A DNA stretch of 11,807 nucleotides from a virus: IMG/VR virus record IMGVR_UViG_3300028840_004049; one strand, 5' to 3'. Position 1 is the stretch's first letter, and the number at the start of each line of letters is the position of its first letter. Shown here one piece after another: positions 1-7,410 of this stretch. A program made the position numbers and the translations under genes. Under the pieces are notes generated by a model that was not told the origin of the DNA, ran no database searches, and saw only the letters and a program-made list of their open reading frames with translations.

Positions 1-144
1 CAGAAGGGTTTCCGGCTCTCTACCCGGCGCTTGGGCGTGTAACTCACTGAAAATGCAAGCCCCTCCCACGAGCTGCGATATCTTTCGCTGCCATATTCCG
101 TGGATGCTGGAAACACCGTGGAAACAGGGAAGCTGGAGCTTGAC
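1..144. repeat. Left copy of the perfect 144-bp terminal direct repeat
   Basis: nt 1-144 (cagaagggtttccggctctc...ggaagctggagcttgac) match nt 11664-11807 base for base, compared in 10-mers by eye. Confidence 0.95.
108..126. repeat. TGGAAACA-N3-TGGAAACA pair, candidate integrase arm-type site (copy inside the terminal repeat)
   Basis: TGGAAACA at 108-115 and 119-126 with an 11-bp start-to-start spacing. A pair with the same 8-3-8 layout lies at 11535-11553 on the other side of the tRNA-like fragment. Confidence 0.45.
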
Positions 145-167
145 TTCTCCTTTGGATGGTTAATTAT
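140..167 (+). promoter_or_regulatory. Candidate sigma70-type promoter for the 199..747 gene
   Basis: TTGACT (140-145), a 16-nt spacer, then AATTAT (162-167, 4/6 to TATAAT), about 30 nt upstream of ATG 199. This is a motif match only. Confidence 0.3.
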
Positions 168-198
168 CGACTTGGCTCATGATTGATCTGGAGGGAAA

Positions 199-747
199 AT
201 GGCAGACTGGATCACCGCTATTGCTAGTCAAATCGAAAAACTAGCCGCCCCACTTCAGCCTAGAAACAGCTGGAAAGCTGCTGTTTTGTGCCTGAGTGGG
301 TGGATATTGGCTCTAGTATCTGATGAGGCACGAAGCATCCCCCTATTGCTCCCTCTCGCTCAACTAGGGTCTGTTTTCTTCTCGCTAGCGTTCGTGATCG
401 GCCTCGGGGAGATTGGCTATAGGAGGCGCTCTGAGCGCAAGAAGGCCGAAGAAAAGCTAAGTCAGCAGCGGAGCTTGATCTTCAAATCAAGCCCAGGGCA
501 AAAGACCATGCTCAAAGAGAAGGCGGATAACCACATTCCGTCTCTAAACGCCTCTCATGCGCAAAACAAACACCATTGCCGAATCCTAAGGGACAGGGGG
601 ATCCTTCTAGAGGTTTCACGAACTGCAGCTGGTGTAGATAGAAATACTGACTCTTACAAGATTGCGGGCTGGGCTTACAGTCTGCTTATCAACGATGGCG
701 AGGTCCGTAGGTGGCTAGACGAAGATGAAGGTGAGGATCCGCATTAG
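199..747 (+). CDS. Two-TM membrane protein with a soluble C-terminal domain; possible superinfection-exclusion (SieB-like) protein
   Basis: 182-aa ORF with SD GGAGGG at 190-195. Two hydrophobic helices (WKAAVLCLSGWILALVS and IPLLLPLAQLGSVFFSLAFVIGLGEIGY) are followed by a basic stretch (RRRSERKKAEEK) and a roughly 100-aa soluble tail. This layout recalls the SieB family (PF14163), from memory only. A 60-nt hand count at 199-258 gives 30 G+C, against 41 at 2281-2340. Confidence 0.8.
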   Translation: MADWITAIASQIEKLAAPLQPRNSWKAAVLCLSGWILALVSDEARSIPLLLPLAQLGSVFFSLAFVIGLGEIGYRRRSERKKAEEKLSQQRSLIFKSSPGQKTMLKEKADNHIPSLNASHAQNKHHCRILRDRGILLEVSRTAAGVDRNTDSYKIAGWAYSLLINDGEVRRWLDEDEGEDPH

Positions 748-815
748 CGCATGCTTTGCGCGATCCATTCCAAGGGGGTTTAGCCCCTCTAATCACAACT
801 GGCCGGGAGAGGACG

Positions 816-1529
816 ATGGCTCTCAGCTACAACGCGATCCGAGATTACAGAGTGCCGGAGGCAGGCTTCTCCGATATTGCCGATCGGCTCCCCCCGGGGG
901 ACTCTCAACGAAAAGAGTTCCTCCTCCGAGTTGGAGTCCACTTCAAGTGCCTCCAGCTTCAGCTTCAGCATAGTTCACGGCAATCCAGAGCGGACATGCA
1001 AAAAGCGTTTCGGGCGATGAGCGCCCGGGTAGACGAAATTCTATCGGGATTCCACGATGTTGGGCTCTATGGTCTTGCCGTGCTGCATGAGGTCCTAGAA
1101 GAGGACGATCCCGAGCTCGCCTGGGTGAAGGATGAGAAGGGGCGGAACCTCCCACGGTGGCCGGTCGAACTTCGCGATCTCCAGTCGGGCTTTGAGAACG
1201 CTGCTCAGCGTCTGGAGAAACTCAACCATCGTCCTGCAGGCCAGAGAGCCTTACTGATCGAGTTCATCTGGCGGGTGGCCTGCGACTTCGAAGAGATCTT
1301 CGAGTCCGAAGCTTCTTCTGGATCCAAGGCAACTCCGCGCCCCCCGTTCCAAGCGGCCGTCGAATCCATCATCGAGGAGACCCAAGATCCTGCAGACGAG
1401 GGGGGCCTCAACCTCCATCTGCAGATTCGTGAAGCTCTCAGCAAGCCGAGGGCGCCCCTGCCTACAGATCCTGCCTGGTGGTACTTCAACCAACGGGATT
1501 CCGAGGACCTCTACCGGAGATCCATTTAA
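816..1529 (+). CDS. Hypothetical protein (237 aa from ATG 816; the ORF is open from TTG 756)
   Basis: Long ORF with an in-frame ATG at 816 preceded by GGGAGAGGA (805-813). I recognise no motif. Confidence 0.7.
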   Translation: MALSYNAIRDYRVPEAGFSDIADRLPPGDSQRKEFLLRVGVHFKCLQLQLQHSSRQSRADMQKAFRAMSARVDEILSGFHDVGLYGLAVLHEVLEEDDPELAWVKDEKGRNLPRWPVELRDLQSGFENAAQRLEKLNHRPAGQRALLIEFIWRVACDFEEIFESEASSGSKATPRPPFQAAVESIIEETQDPADEGGLNLHLQIREALSKPRAPLPTDPAWWYFNQRDSEDLYRRSI

Positions 1530-1606
1530 GCACCCCCAACCCTTGCCCCCTTAGTTTTGCCGCCCGTTAAGCCCAGCTTGACATACTGGCCATGCAGGAG
1601 GACAGC

Positions 1607-1828
1607 ATGGCCACGACCATTGTTCAGCAACTCAGAATCCAACGAGGGCTTTCCCAACGCAGTTTGGCCGATCTGGCTGGGTGCTCCAACGCCACAATCT
1701 CTCTTCTAGAACGTGGAGAGCTGAAACCCAGACCACAGCTCGTTCGACGCCTCGCCGCGGCCCTTCAGACATCGCCGTCCCTCCTGAGTCGAGCCCTCCA
1801 GACACTGGAGGTGGCTGATGCTCAGTAA
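1607..1828 (+). CDS. XRE/Cro-CI family helix-turn-helix transcriptional regulator
   Basis: LRIQRGLSQRSLADLAGCSNATISLLERGELKPRPQLVRRLAAAL is a canonical HTH_XRE pattern. AGGAGG at 1596-1601 lies 5 nt before ATG 1607, whereas the ORF-track start at 1592 has no SD. Confidence 0.85.
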   Translation: MATTIVQQLRIQRGLSQRSLADLAGCSNATISLLERGELKPRPQLVRRLAAALQTSPSLLSRALQTLEVADAQ

Positions 1829-2102
1829 ACGCCTCCTGGTACTCGCTGAAGAATTCGCTGGTCTCGCTCTCGAGCTCGAGGCCCATGGGGCCCGGGACGA
1901 GGCCGGCGTCGCTCCCCTCCTGGATACGGACGCTGCGGCCGAGATCCTCTCAGTGAGCTCGTCCACCGTCCGCGAGCTCGTGGCCATGGGCCAGATCCCC
2001 TACATCTCACTCTCCCCTCCGGGCGCCAAGCGCCGGATCGTCCGCTTCGATGCGCAGGAACTCCGGGCCTGGTGGCTTGAGCGCCAGGAGGGCGGCCGGT
2101 GA
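1818..2102 (+). CDS. Excisionase/AlpA-type (MerR-like HTH_17) DNA-binding protein
   Basis: LLDTDAAAEILSVSSSTVRELVAMGQIPYISL...RRIVRFDAQELRAWW fits the excisionase-family HTH pattern (PF12728-like). It overlaps the upstream stop by 11 nt and the downstream start as GTGA. Confidence 0.75.
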   Translation: MLSKRLLVLAEEFAGLALELEAHGARDEAGVAPLLDTDAAAEILSVSSSTVRELVAMGQIPYISLSPPGAKRRIVRFDAQELRAWWLERQEGGR

Positions 2103-3580
2103 ACTCGTCTCTGGATCTTCTCGAACAATCCGAACAGTGGGAAGCCGATCTCAAGGAGGATGAGGAAGCCCTTCAACGCGCAGAGTGCCTGACCGCGCTC
2201 CTCCAGGAAGAGAGAGACGGGACCTCCCCCATCGAGCACACGCACATGGGACTGGCCCAGCTCGCCCTCCAGCTCTTCCCCGGGGAGATCCTCTACGTGC
2301 CGGGATTCGGCGAGTGCGCCTACCACGAGGGCCGGTACGACCTCGGGCCCACGGGCCCCTGGAGGTTCAAGCGCCGGATCGTCAGAGCGGCCAGGTCGAT
2401 TCTCTGGACGGCCACCAGAACCGAGAACCGGCAAGAGCAGAGCGAGCTCATCAAGTGGGGCCGGGCGGCCCAGGCCGATCACTACATCAACGGCGCTGCT
2501 GGGATCCTCCGGACCGATCCCAAGGTCCTGACCTCGGTGGATCAGCTGGATACCGACCCGGACCTTCTCAACACGCCGGCCGGGACCTTCAACCTGGAGA
2601 CGGGCGAGCGGCACGATCACCGGCAGCTGGACCTGTTGACCAAGATCTCGCCGATCAGCCCGGACCCGACGGCCAGGCCCACGAGGTGGCTCAAGACCCT
2701 CCGCTTCGCTTTCGATGGGGACGAGGAGAAGATCGGCTGCTTCCATCGGCTCATGGGGTACGCCGCGAGCGGCCACACGAGCGAGAACCTCATCACGACG
2801 CTGTACGGGACCGGGGCCAACTCGAAGACGACGGTCACCAACGTGATCCAGCGGGTCCTCGGCAACGACTACGCCATGACGGCCGCGCCGGGCCTTCTGC
2901 TCAAGAGGCCCCGGGACACACACCTGACCAGCATTGCCGACCTCTTCGGAAAGCGCCTGGTGCTCAGTTACGAGATGGAGGGTGCCCAGCGACTCGACGA
3001 GCAGCTGCTCAAGAGCGTCACCGGCGGGGACCGGATCCGCGCACGCAAAATGCGCCAGGATGCCTTCGAGTTCGATCCCTCCCACACGCCGCTGCTCATC
3101 GTGAATCACAAGCCGGAGCTCCGCGGGACCGATCACGGACTCTGGCGCCGGATCCTGATCTTCCCCTTCACGGTCACCGTGCCGGAGGAGGACCGAATCA
3201 AGGGCTTCGCCGACATCCTGCTCGAGGAGGAAGGCGGGGCCATCCTGCAGTGGCTCATCGACGGGGCTGCGGCTTGGTACGAGCGCGGTGTCGATCCCCC
3301 GGACTCGCTCCGGGCGGCCACGCAGGCCTACCGCGACGAGAGCGACGTCCTGGGCGGCTTCATCGAGGAGCGTTGCGTCGAGCTTTCCCAGGCGAAGGCG
3401 GCGGCGGGATTCCTCTACAAGGCCTACCAAGCCTGGGCGGCCGAGAACGGCGAGAGCGCTATCAGCGCAAAGGCTTTCGGGATGCGGCTCAAAGAGCGGG
3501 GATTCCGGCAAAAGCGAACTCCGTCAACAAGATACTGGCTCGGCCTCGGGCTTCAGGCGGATGGAGAGCATGACGCATGA
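2099..3580 (+). CDS. Phage/plasmid primase-helicase, P4/D5 family (D5_N plus SF3 NTPase); no recognisable primase catalytic domain
   Basis: LNTPAGTFNLETGERHDH (D5 N-terminal type), Walker A LYGTGANSKTT, Walker B-like LVLSYEME, then LLIVNHKPEL and WRRILIFPF. This matches TIGR01613-type architecture. The GTG start overlaps the upstream TGA. Confidence 0.85.
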   Translation: MNSSLDLLEQSEQWEADLKEDEEALQRAECLTALLQEERDGTSPIEHTHMGLAQLALQLFPGEILYVPGFGECAYHEGRYDLGPTGPWRFKRRIVRAARSILWTATRTENRQEQSELIKWGRAAQADHYINGAAGILRTDPKVLTSVDQLDTDPDLLNTPAGTFNLETGERHDHRQLDLLTKISPISPDPTARPTRWLKTLRFAFDGDEEKIGCFHRLMGYAASGHTSENLITTLYGTGANSKTTVTNVIQRVLGNDYAMTAAPGLLLKRPRDTHLTSIADLFGKRLVLSYEMEGAQRLDEQLLKSVTGGDRIRARKMRQDAFEFDPSHTPLLIVNHKPELRGTDHGLWRRILIFPFTVTVPEEDRIKGFADILLEEEGGAILQWLIDGAAAWYERGVDPPDSLRAATQAYRDESDVLGGFIEERCVELSQAKAAAGFLYKAYQAWAAENGESAISAKAFGMRLKERGFRQKRTPSTRYWLGLGLQADGEHDA

Positions 3581-3767
3581 CGCATCATGACGCTTTGCCC
3601 CTATTCCCCCCTACAACAACCCCTATAGGGGTAATGGGGAACCCGTGTCACCACGTGTCATGCGTCACTCTTTTCCTGGATTCGATCTCGCGAGTCTCTC
3701 ACGCATGCCCCCTTCTCGGGGGCCTTGATCTCATGATTAACCCTCAGAAGCGGAGTTGTAAGCCACT
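3571..3767. promoter_or_regulatory. Repeat- and palindrome-dense non-coding region, candidate replication origin and/or operon control region
   Basis: TGACGCA at 3571-3577 and 3578-3584, TGACGCT at 3588-3594, inverted TGCGTCA at 3661-3667 and a degenerate TCACGCATG at 3699-3707. GTGTCA x2 at 3645-3650 and 3655-3660. CCCCTA x3 at 3598, 3608 and 3620. Perfect palindromes CCCCTATAGGGG (3620-3631) and CTCGCGAG (3687-3694). GC hairpin GCCCCC-TTCTC-GGGGGC (3707-3723) without a U tract. The region lies directly 3' of the helicase gene. Confidence 0.45.
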
Positions 3768-5042
3768 ATGAGTAAGAAGGATACGAAAGGCAGTTTCCAA
3801 GATGTTTCCAAACCTGGTCGCGTCCGAGTCAAGGACACCGGCTCCCCGTCAACGGAGGAGCATACCGAGAAGGCTGCTGTCGAGGAGCAGCCGACGGAAG
3901 GGCCCGGGGCCGATTGTACGGCGGTCGTCGATGCCCCGGTGTCCCTTCCTTCCGCGGAGGACCTCCTCGGGCTCGTACTCCCAGCGTGGGACAGATCGGG
4001 CCCTGCGAACGTGGGCGGGGATCTTACCGCCGTGAAGCAACCTCGCCCTGCCCCGAACATCTTTGCGGCCCGTGGGCCGAAGATACCCGCCAGGATCAAG
4101 GTCAAACCCTACGTGAGAACTCCCGAGGGCCGTGCGGTCCTGGCCTCTCTCTGGTTCGCCCTAGGCTACATGCGCGGGGTGACCAGTGTGGTGGAGAAGG
4201 TCCGTGCTGAGGCCATGCGGGATTTCACTCGGATGAAGGCGTCGGCCATCAACTTCCTCCGCTGGGCGGCTGCTCGCCAGCTTGAGGAAGAGAGCCTAGC
4301 CAAGGGGCACACACTGGAGTCCCTCGCCGGCCAGTCAGAGCCGAAGCACACGACGCCGGAGCCAAAGAAGGCTGGAGATCCGGGCGAGATCTACAAGGAG
4401 TGCCTGACAAAGGTGGCCTACGCTCGCCAGCTGGTCGAAAAGCTCCACGAGTACCCGGGCTTCGGCAAGCTCGTGGAGGGCCACGTCCTACCCGAGGGTT
4501 TCAAGCTGCGCCTGGATGCGACCGAGCGGGAAATCCGAGACGGCCTGGATGATCTCTGCGCTCAGTTCAGCCCCATCAAGAACCGCCGGGAGTTCGATCA
4601 GCTCTTCGGCCTGACAGCGGACATGGACTACAAGGCCAATGCTGAGCAGGTGGAGCGTCACTTCTGGCGCCTGGCCGCTGGCGCCCGGTCCTCAGCGACG
4701 TTGGCTGGGGGCAGCACTCCCCTTGCGCTCCTACCCCGGTCTGTCGTTCAGGCCAAGTGCGCCGTGCCTGGTGGCCGGTACGTCGTCCTCGAAGACACGT
4801 GGGCTGTGCACGGCGTCTTTAAAGAGCTGGAGGTCCGACTCCACAGCGAGATCCAGACCATTGCACGGCTGCAGGACGAGATCGACGAGTTCGATGCCAA
4901 GGCCAACGACTCCTCTCTTCGTACGAAGGAGCGCCAGGAGGCCTTCTCCGCGCGATCGGCGCGTGAGGGGAAGCGTGGCCGCTGCGAGAAGAAGAAGATC
5001 GAGTTGGAGGGCAAGCTGAGGGAGGTCGAGCATGGCAGCTGA
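3768..5042 (+). CDS. Hypothetical protein, 424 aa (low-complexity N-terminus, charged helical C-terminus)
   Basis: Long ORF opening the packaging-side operon. The N-terminal ~110 aa are rich in P/E/T/G and the C-terminal ~70 aa are heptad-like (LHSEIQTIARLQDEIDEFDAKAND...KKKIELEGKLREVE). No family recognised. Confidence 0.75.
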   Translation: MSKKDTKGSFQDVSKPGRVRVKDTGSPSTEEHTEKAAVEEQPTEGPGADCTAVVDAPVSLPSAEDLLGLVLPAWDRSGPANVGGDLTAVKQPRPAPNIFAARGPKIPARIKVKPYVRTPEGRAVLASLWFALGYMRGVTSVVEKVRAEAMRDFTRMKASAINFLRWAAARQLEEESLAKGHTLESLAGQSEPKHTTPEPKKAGDPGEIYKECLTKVAYARQLVEKLHEYPGFGKLVEGHVLPEGFKLRLDATEREIRDGLDDLCAQFSPIKNRREFDQLFGLTADMDYKANAEQVERHFWRLAAGARSSATLAGGSTPLALLPRSVVQAKCAVPGGRYVVLEDTWAVHGVFKELEVRLHSEIQTIARLQDEIDEFDAKANDSSLRTKERQEAFSARSAREGKRGRCEKKKIELEGKLREVEHGS

Positions 5043-5517
5043 GCAGTCTCCACAGGATCGGGCGAGAGCCCTCAGCCGGGAAATGACCAAGAGGGCCTCC
5101 TCGATCAACGCCATCCGGAACGAGCACGGAATGAAAGTGTCCCAGCACGTCAGCCTGATGAGCAGGGCAAGGAAGATCATGGAAGTGCTCGGGGACAGCG
5201 ATAGGCGTGGGCAGCTGACGGGAAACCAGGCCAAGCAGCTGGAGGCTGAGCTCGTCAAGAGCTACGAGGGGATCTATGAGCTGGCCAAGTGGGAAGAACT
5301 CGCAGAGGGCCAGATCACGGAGCTTCAGCAGGAGCTCTCTGGGATCCACAAGGACGCTCGGGAGATCGCCCCGGACCTCATCCCACGGAGCCTACCGGCA
5401 CACCACATGACGAAGCTGACGGCGCTGTTCCGGGATTCGTACCAGAAACTGGATGAGGAGACGGACAGACGTCTCGGCGTTGGCCGTGCGCCCCTCCGGG
5501 TCCAGTCGATGGGGTGA
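5032..5517 (+). CDS. Hypothetical protein, 161 aa (helical, charged)
   Basis: ATG 5032 is preceded by GAGGGAGG (5018-5025). It overlaps the upstream gene by 11 nt and the downstream gene as GTGA. No family recognised. Confidence 0.7.
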   Translation: MAAEQSPQDRARALSREMTKRASSINAIRNEHGMKVSQHVSLMSRARKIMEVLGDSDRRGQLTGNQAKQLEAELVKSYEGIYELAKWEELAEGQITELQQELSGIHKDAREIAPDLIPRSLPAHHMTKLTALFRDSYQKLDEETDRRLGVGRAPLRVQSMG

Positions 5518-6023
5518 GCAAGAAGCCGGGCCGGGGCAAGCAGTGCGTGTACATCAAGGAAGACGGCTCTCGCTGTAAGGGGAATGCCATCAAGGGGACC
5601 GACTACTGCTCCTTCCACAGTGATCTTCCCTCCGTGAAGGAGAAGATGCGGCTGGGGCGACTCCAGGGAGCCGGGACGCGCGTCATCCAGCGGATTCGGG
5701 AGGAACCTCCGATCCCCCTCCGAACGCCTCAGGATGCGCTCACGGTGCTGGAGGATGCCCTGAATCTGATCCGGGCCGTGGGGACCGAGCCGGACCGGTA
5801 CGGCGCGCTCGTGACACAGTTCGTTCGCGCCGGCCTGGAGGCGATGAAGCTGATCCAGACCGAGGAGGTCTCCGAGCAGGAGCTCGTCGAGCTCGATGAA
5901 GCGATCCGCGAGGTTGAGAAGAGCGCGGAGATTGACCTGGCCAAGATGCCTCCCCACCTGAGGGAGGCTTTCGAGGAGTGGATGAGTGTCTCGGAAACGG
6001 ATACTCCAGAAGCTGGCCACTGA
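5514..6023 (+). CDS. Zn-ribbon-like protein in the small-terminase position (putative TerS)
   Basis: The N-terminus KQCVYIKEDGSRCKGNAIKGTDYCSFH carries a C-x9-C-x11-C-x2-H pattern. The gene sits immediately upstream of, and overlaps, the large terminase gene. The functional call is positional only. Confidence 0.35.
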   Translation: MSKKPGRGKQCVYIKEDGSRCKGNAIKGTDYCSFHSDLPSVKEKMRLGRLQGAGTRVIQRIREEPPIPLRTPQDALTVLEDALNLIRAVGTEPDRYGALVTQFVRAGLEAMKLIQTEEVSEQELVELDEAIREVEKSAEIDLAKMPPHLREAFEEWMSVSETDTPEAGH

Positions 6024-7395
6024 TTTCTGGACCTTCGTCGCGGTCTGTGTGAAGACCTTCGACGAGAACGAGCCGGATCCAGGCCTGCGCATGGCCAAGC
6101 CCTTCCCGAGGTTTCTCTACCTCCAACGCGTGGCCGAGGCGCTCCAGCATCACCGGAGCGTCATCGTGCTCAAGCCCCGGCAGATGGGCCTGTCCTGGCT
6201 CGTCGTGGCCTACGCCCTCTGGCGTGTGCTCTTCCACCGCGGGGAGCGGGCCCTGATCGTCTCCAAGCGTGAGAAGGACGCCTTTCACCTGAAGGATCGG
6301 GCGACAGCGATCCTCGACAACCTCCCAAACACGGTCCGCAACTCCCTGGATGTTCGTTCGGCCGACACTCGCGGGGAGATCGTCTTCCGAGGGGGCGGGG
6401 CCGTCCACTTCCTGCCGGCCTCGCCCTCCATCGGGAGAACCTACACAGCCAACCTGGTGATCCTCGACGAGGCGGCCTACCTGCCCGACGCGGAGAAGAT
6501 GTTCGCCTCCCTGGCCCCCACTCTCTCCGGAGGCGGGCGCCTGGTGGCCCTCAGTACTCCGAACGGAGTCGGCGGCCTCTTTCACGAGCTCTGGGTCAAG
6601 GCCCATGAGCGTGGTCTCCATCGGATCCGGCTCCGCTGGAACGATCACCCCGAGCGAGACCAGGCTTGGTTCGACGATGCCAGCGAAGCGCTCTCCCCCA
6701 GGCTGGCCGCTCAGGAGTACGGGGGTGACTTCCTGCAGTCGGGCTCCGTCGTCTTCGACGAGCAATTCCTGGGGCTCCGGGCAAAGCCCTACCTCGACGG
6801 GCAGATCAAGGCGGCCCGTGACCAGGCCCGCGACGACCGCGACGACACGCCCTTCCTGATCGGCGTGGACGTAGCCGAGGGCCACGAGGACAGTGACTAT
6901 TCCGTGGCCACGGTCCTCCACAAGCGAGGCGAGGAATTCATCCAGGCAGCAACCCTCGCCGGCCGGTGGCGCCCGGACGTCTTCGCGCAGAAGCTCGCCC
7001 GATTGCTGGATCTCTTCCCGGGAATCGTCGGCGTCGAGAAGAACGGGCCCGGGGGCATGGTGATCCTCGAGCTCGAGCGGCTCGGCTACTCACCTCGACT
7101 GTACCGTCACCGAGAATGGGATGAGCGTGGCCGGAAGAAGACGCGCGTCGGCTGGGTCACGTCCACGAAGAGCAAGCCGTTGATGATCGGAGAGCTCGAG
7201 GCTGCGCTCAGGACTGGAGCCATCCACCTCTCGGACTCCCCCACTCTCGAGGAGCTTCGGATCTACGAGTACACCGATTCCGCGGCGCAGTACACGTCCG
7301 CGCCAACGGGATTCCATGACGACCGAGTGATCGCCCTCGCGATCGCCTGGCAGATGCGCAAGCGCGCCGGCCGCGAGCTTGCAACGTTTGGATAG
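5986..7395 (+). CDS. terL: Terminase large subunit
   Basis: Walker A-like VLKPRQMGLSW, Walker B LVILDEAAY and coupling motif LSTPNG. The RNaseH-like nuclease half shows IGVDVAEGHEDSDYSV, GVEKNGPGG and HDDRVIALAIAW. GTG start at 5986 with GAGGAG at 5972-5977. Confidence 0.85.
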   Translation: MSRKRILQKLATDFWTFVAVCVKTFDENEPDPGLRMAKPFPRFLYLQRVAEALQHHRSVIVLKPRQMGLSWLVVAYALWRVLFHRGERALIVSKREKDAFHLKDRATAILDNLPNTVRNSLDVRSADTRGEIVFRGGGAVHFLPASPSIGRTYTANLVILDEAAYLPDAEKMFASLAPTLSGGGRLVALSTPNGVGGLFHELWVKAHERGLHRIRLRWNDHPERDQAWFDDASEALSPRLAAQEYGGDFLQSGSVVFDEQFLGLRAKPYLDGQIKAARDQARDDRDDTPFLIGVDVAEGHEDSDYSVATVLHKRGEEFIQAATLAGRWRPDVFAQKLARLLDLFPGIVGVEKNGPGGMVILELERLGYSPRLYRHREWDERGRKKTRVGWVTSTKSKPLMIGELEAALRTGAIHLSDSPTLEELRIYEYTDSAAQYTSAPTGFHDDRVIALAIAWQMRKRAGRELATFG

Positions 7396-7410
7396 GCTGA
7401 AGGAGATAAG

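Noticed and set aside
725-973. 82-aa + strand ORF, plus small minus-strand ORFs at 789..971 and 943..1155
   Set aside because: They overlap the longer 816..1529 frame, have no SD and give low-complexity products.
1578-1587. TTGACA upstream of the first XRE gene as a -35 box
   Set aside because: No acceptable -10 lies 16-18 nt downstream (GACAGC). The same bases could instead be an extended -10 (TGaCATACT), but that would leave almost no leader before the SD at 1596. Too ambiguous to call.
2000-3511. 503-aa ORF on the minus strand
   Set aside because: It runs antisense to the helicase gene, which has clear SF3 motifs. The product is a low-complexity R/G/P/L/E-rich sequence typical of shadow ORFs in GC-rich DNA, and it has no SD or recognisable motif.
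2185-3573. 462-aa ORF in an alternative + frame
   Set aside because: Out-of-frame overlap with the helicase gene. The product is extremely Arg/Pro/Gly-rich, with no motif.
3571-3667. CRISPR-like array
   Set aside because: The repeats are only 6-7 nt, either directly abutting or irregularly spaced, with no spacer-sized unique units. There are no cas genes in the window.
3707-3732. Rho-independent terminator after the helicase gene
   Set aside because: The GCCCCC-TTCTC-GGGGGC hairpin has only a 6-bp stem and is followed by CTTGATCTC rather than a U tract. I kept it only as part of the regulatory-region description.
3577-3771. 64-aa + strand ORF in the helicase/orphan intergenic region
   Set aside because: Its start lies inside the TGACGCA tandem repeats and has no SD. 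The product is Pro/Thr/Cys-rich with no motif. The region is better read as regulatory or ori DNA.
5740-6921. 393-aa minus-strand ORF (also 5325..6098, 4731..5258 and 4819..5349 on the minus strand)
   Set aside because: These are antisense shadows of the TerL, TerS-like and orphan genes, with low-complexity products. The + strand frames carry the recognisable motifs and coupled starts.
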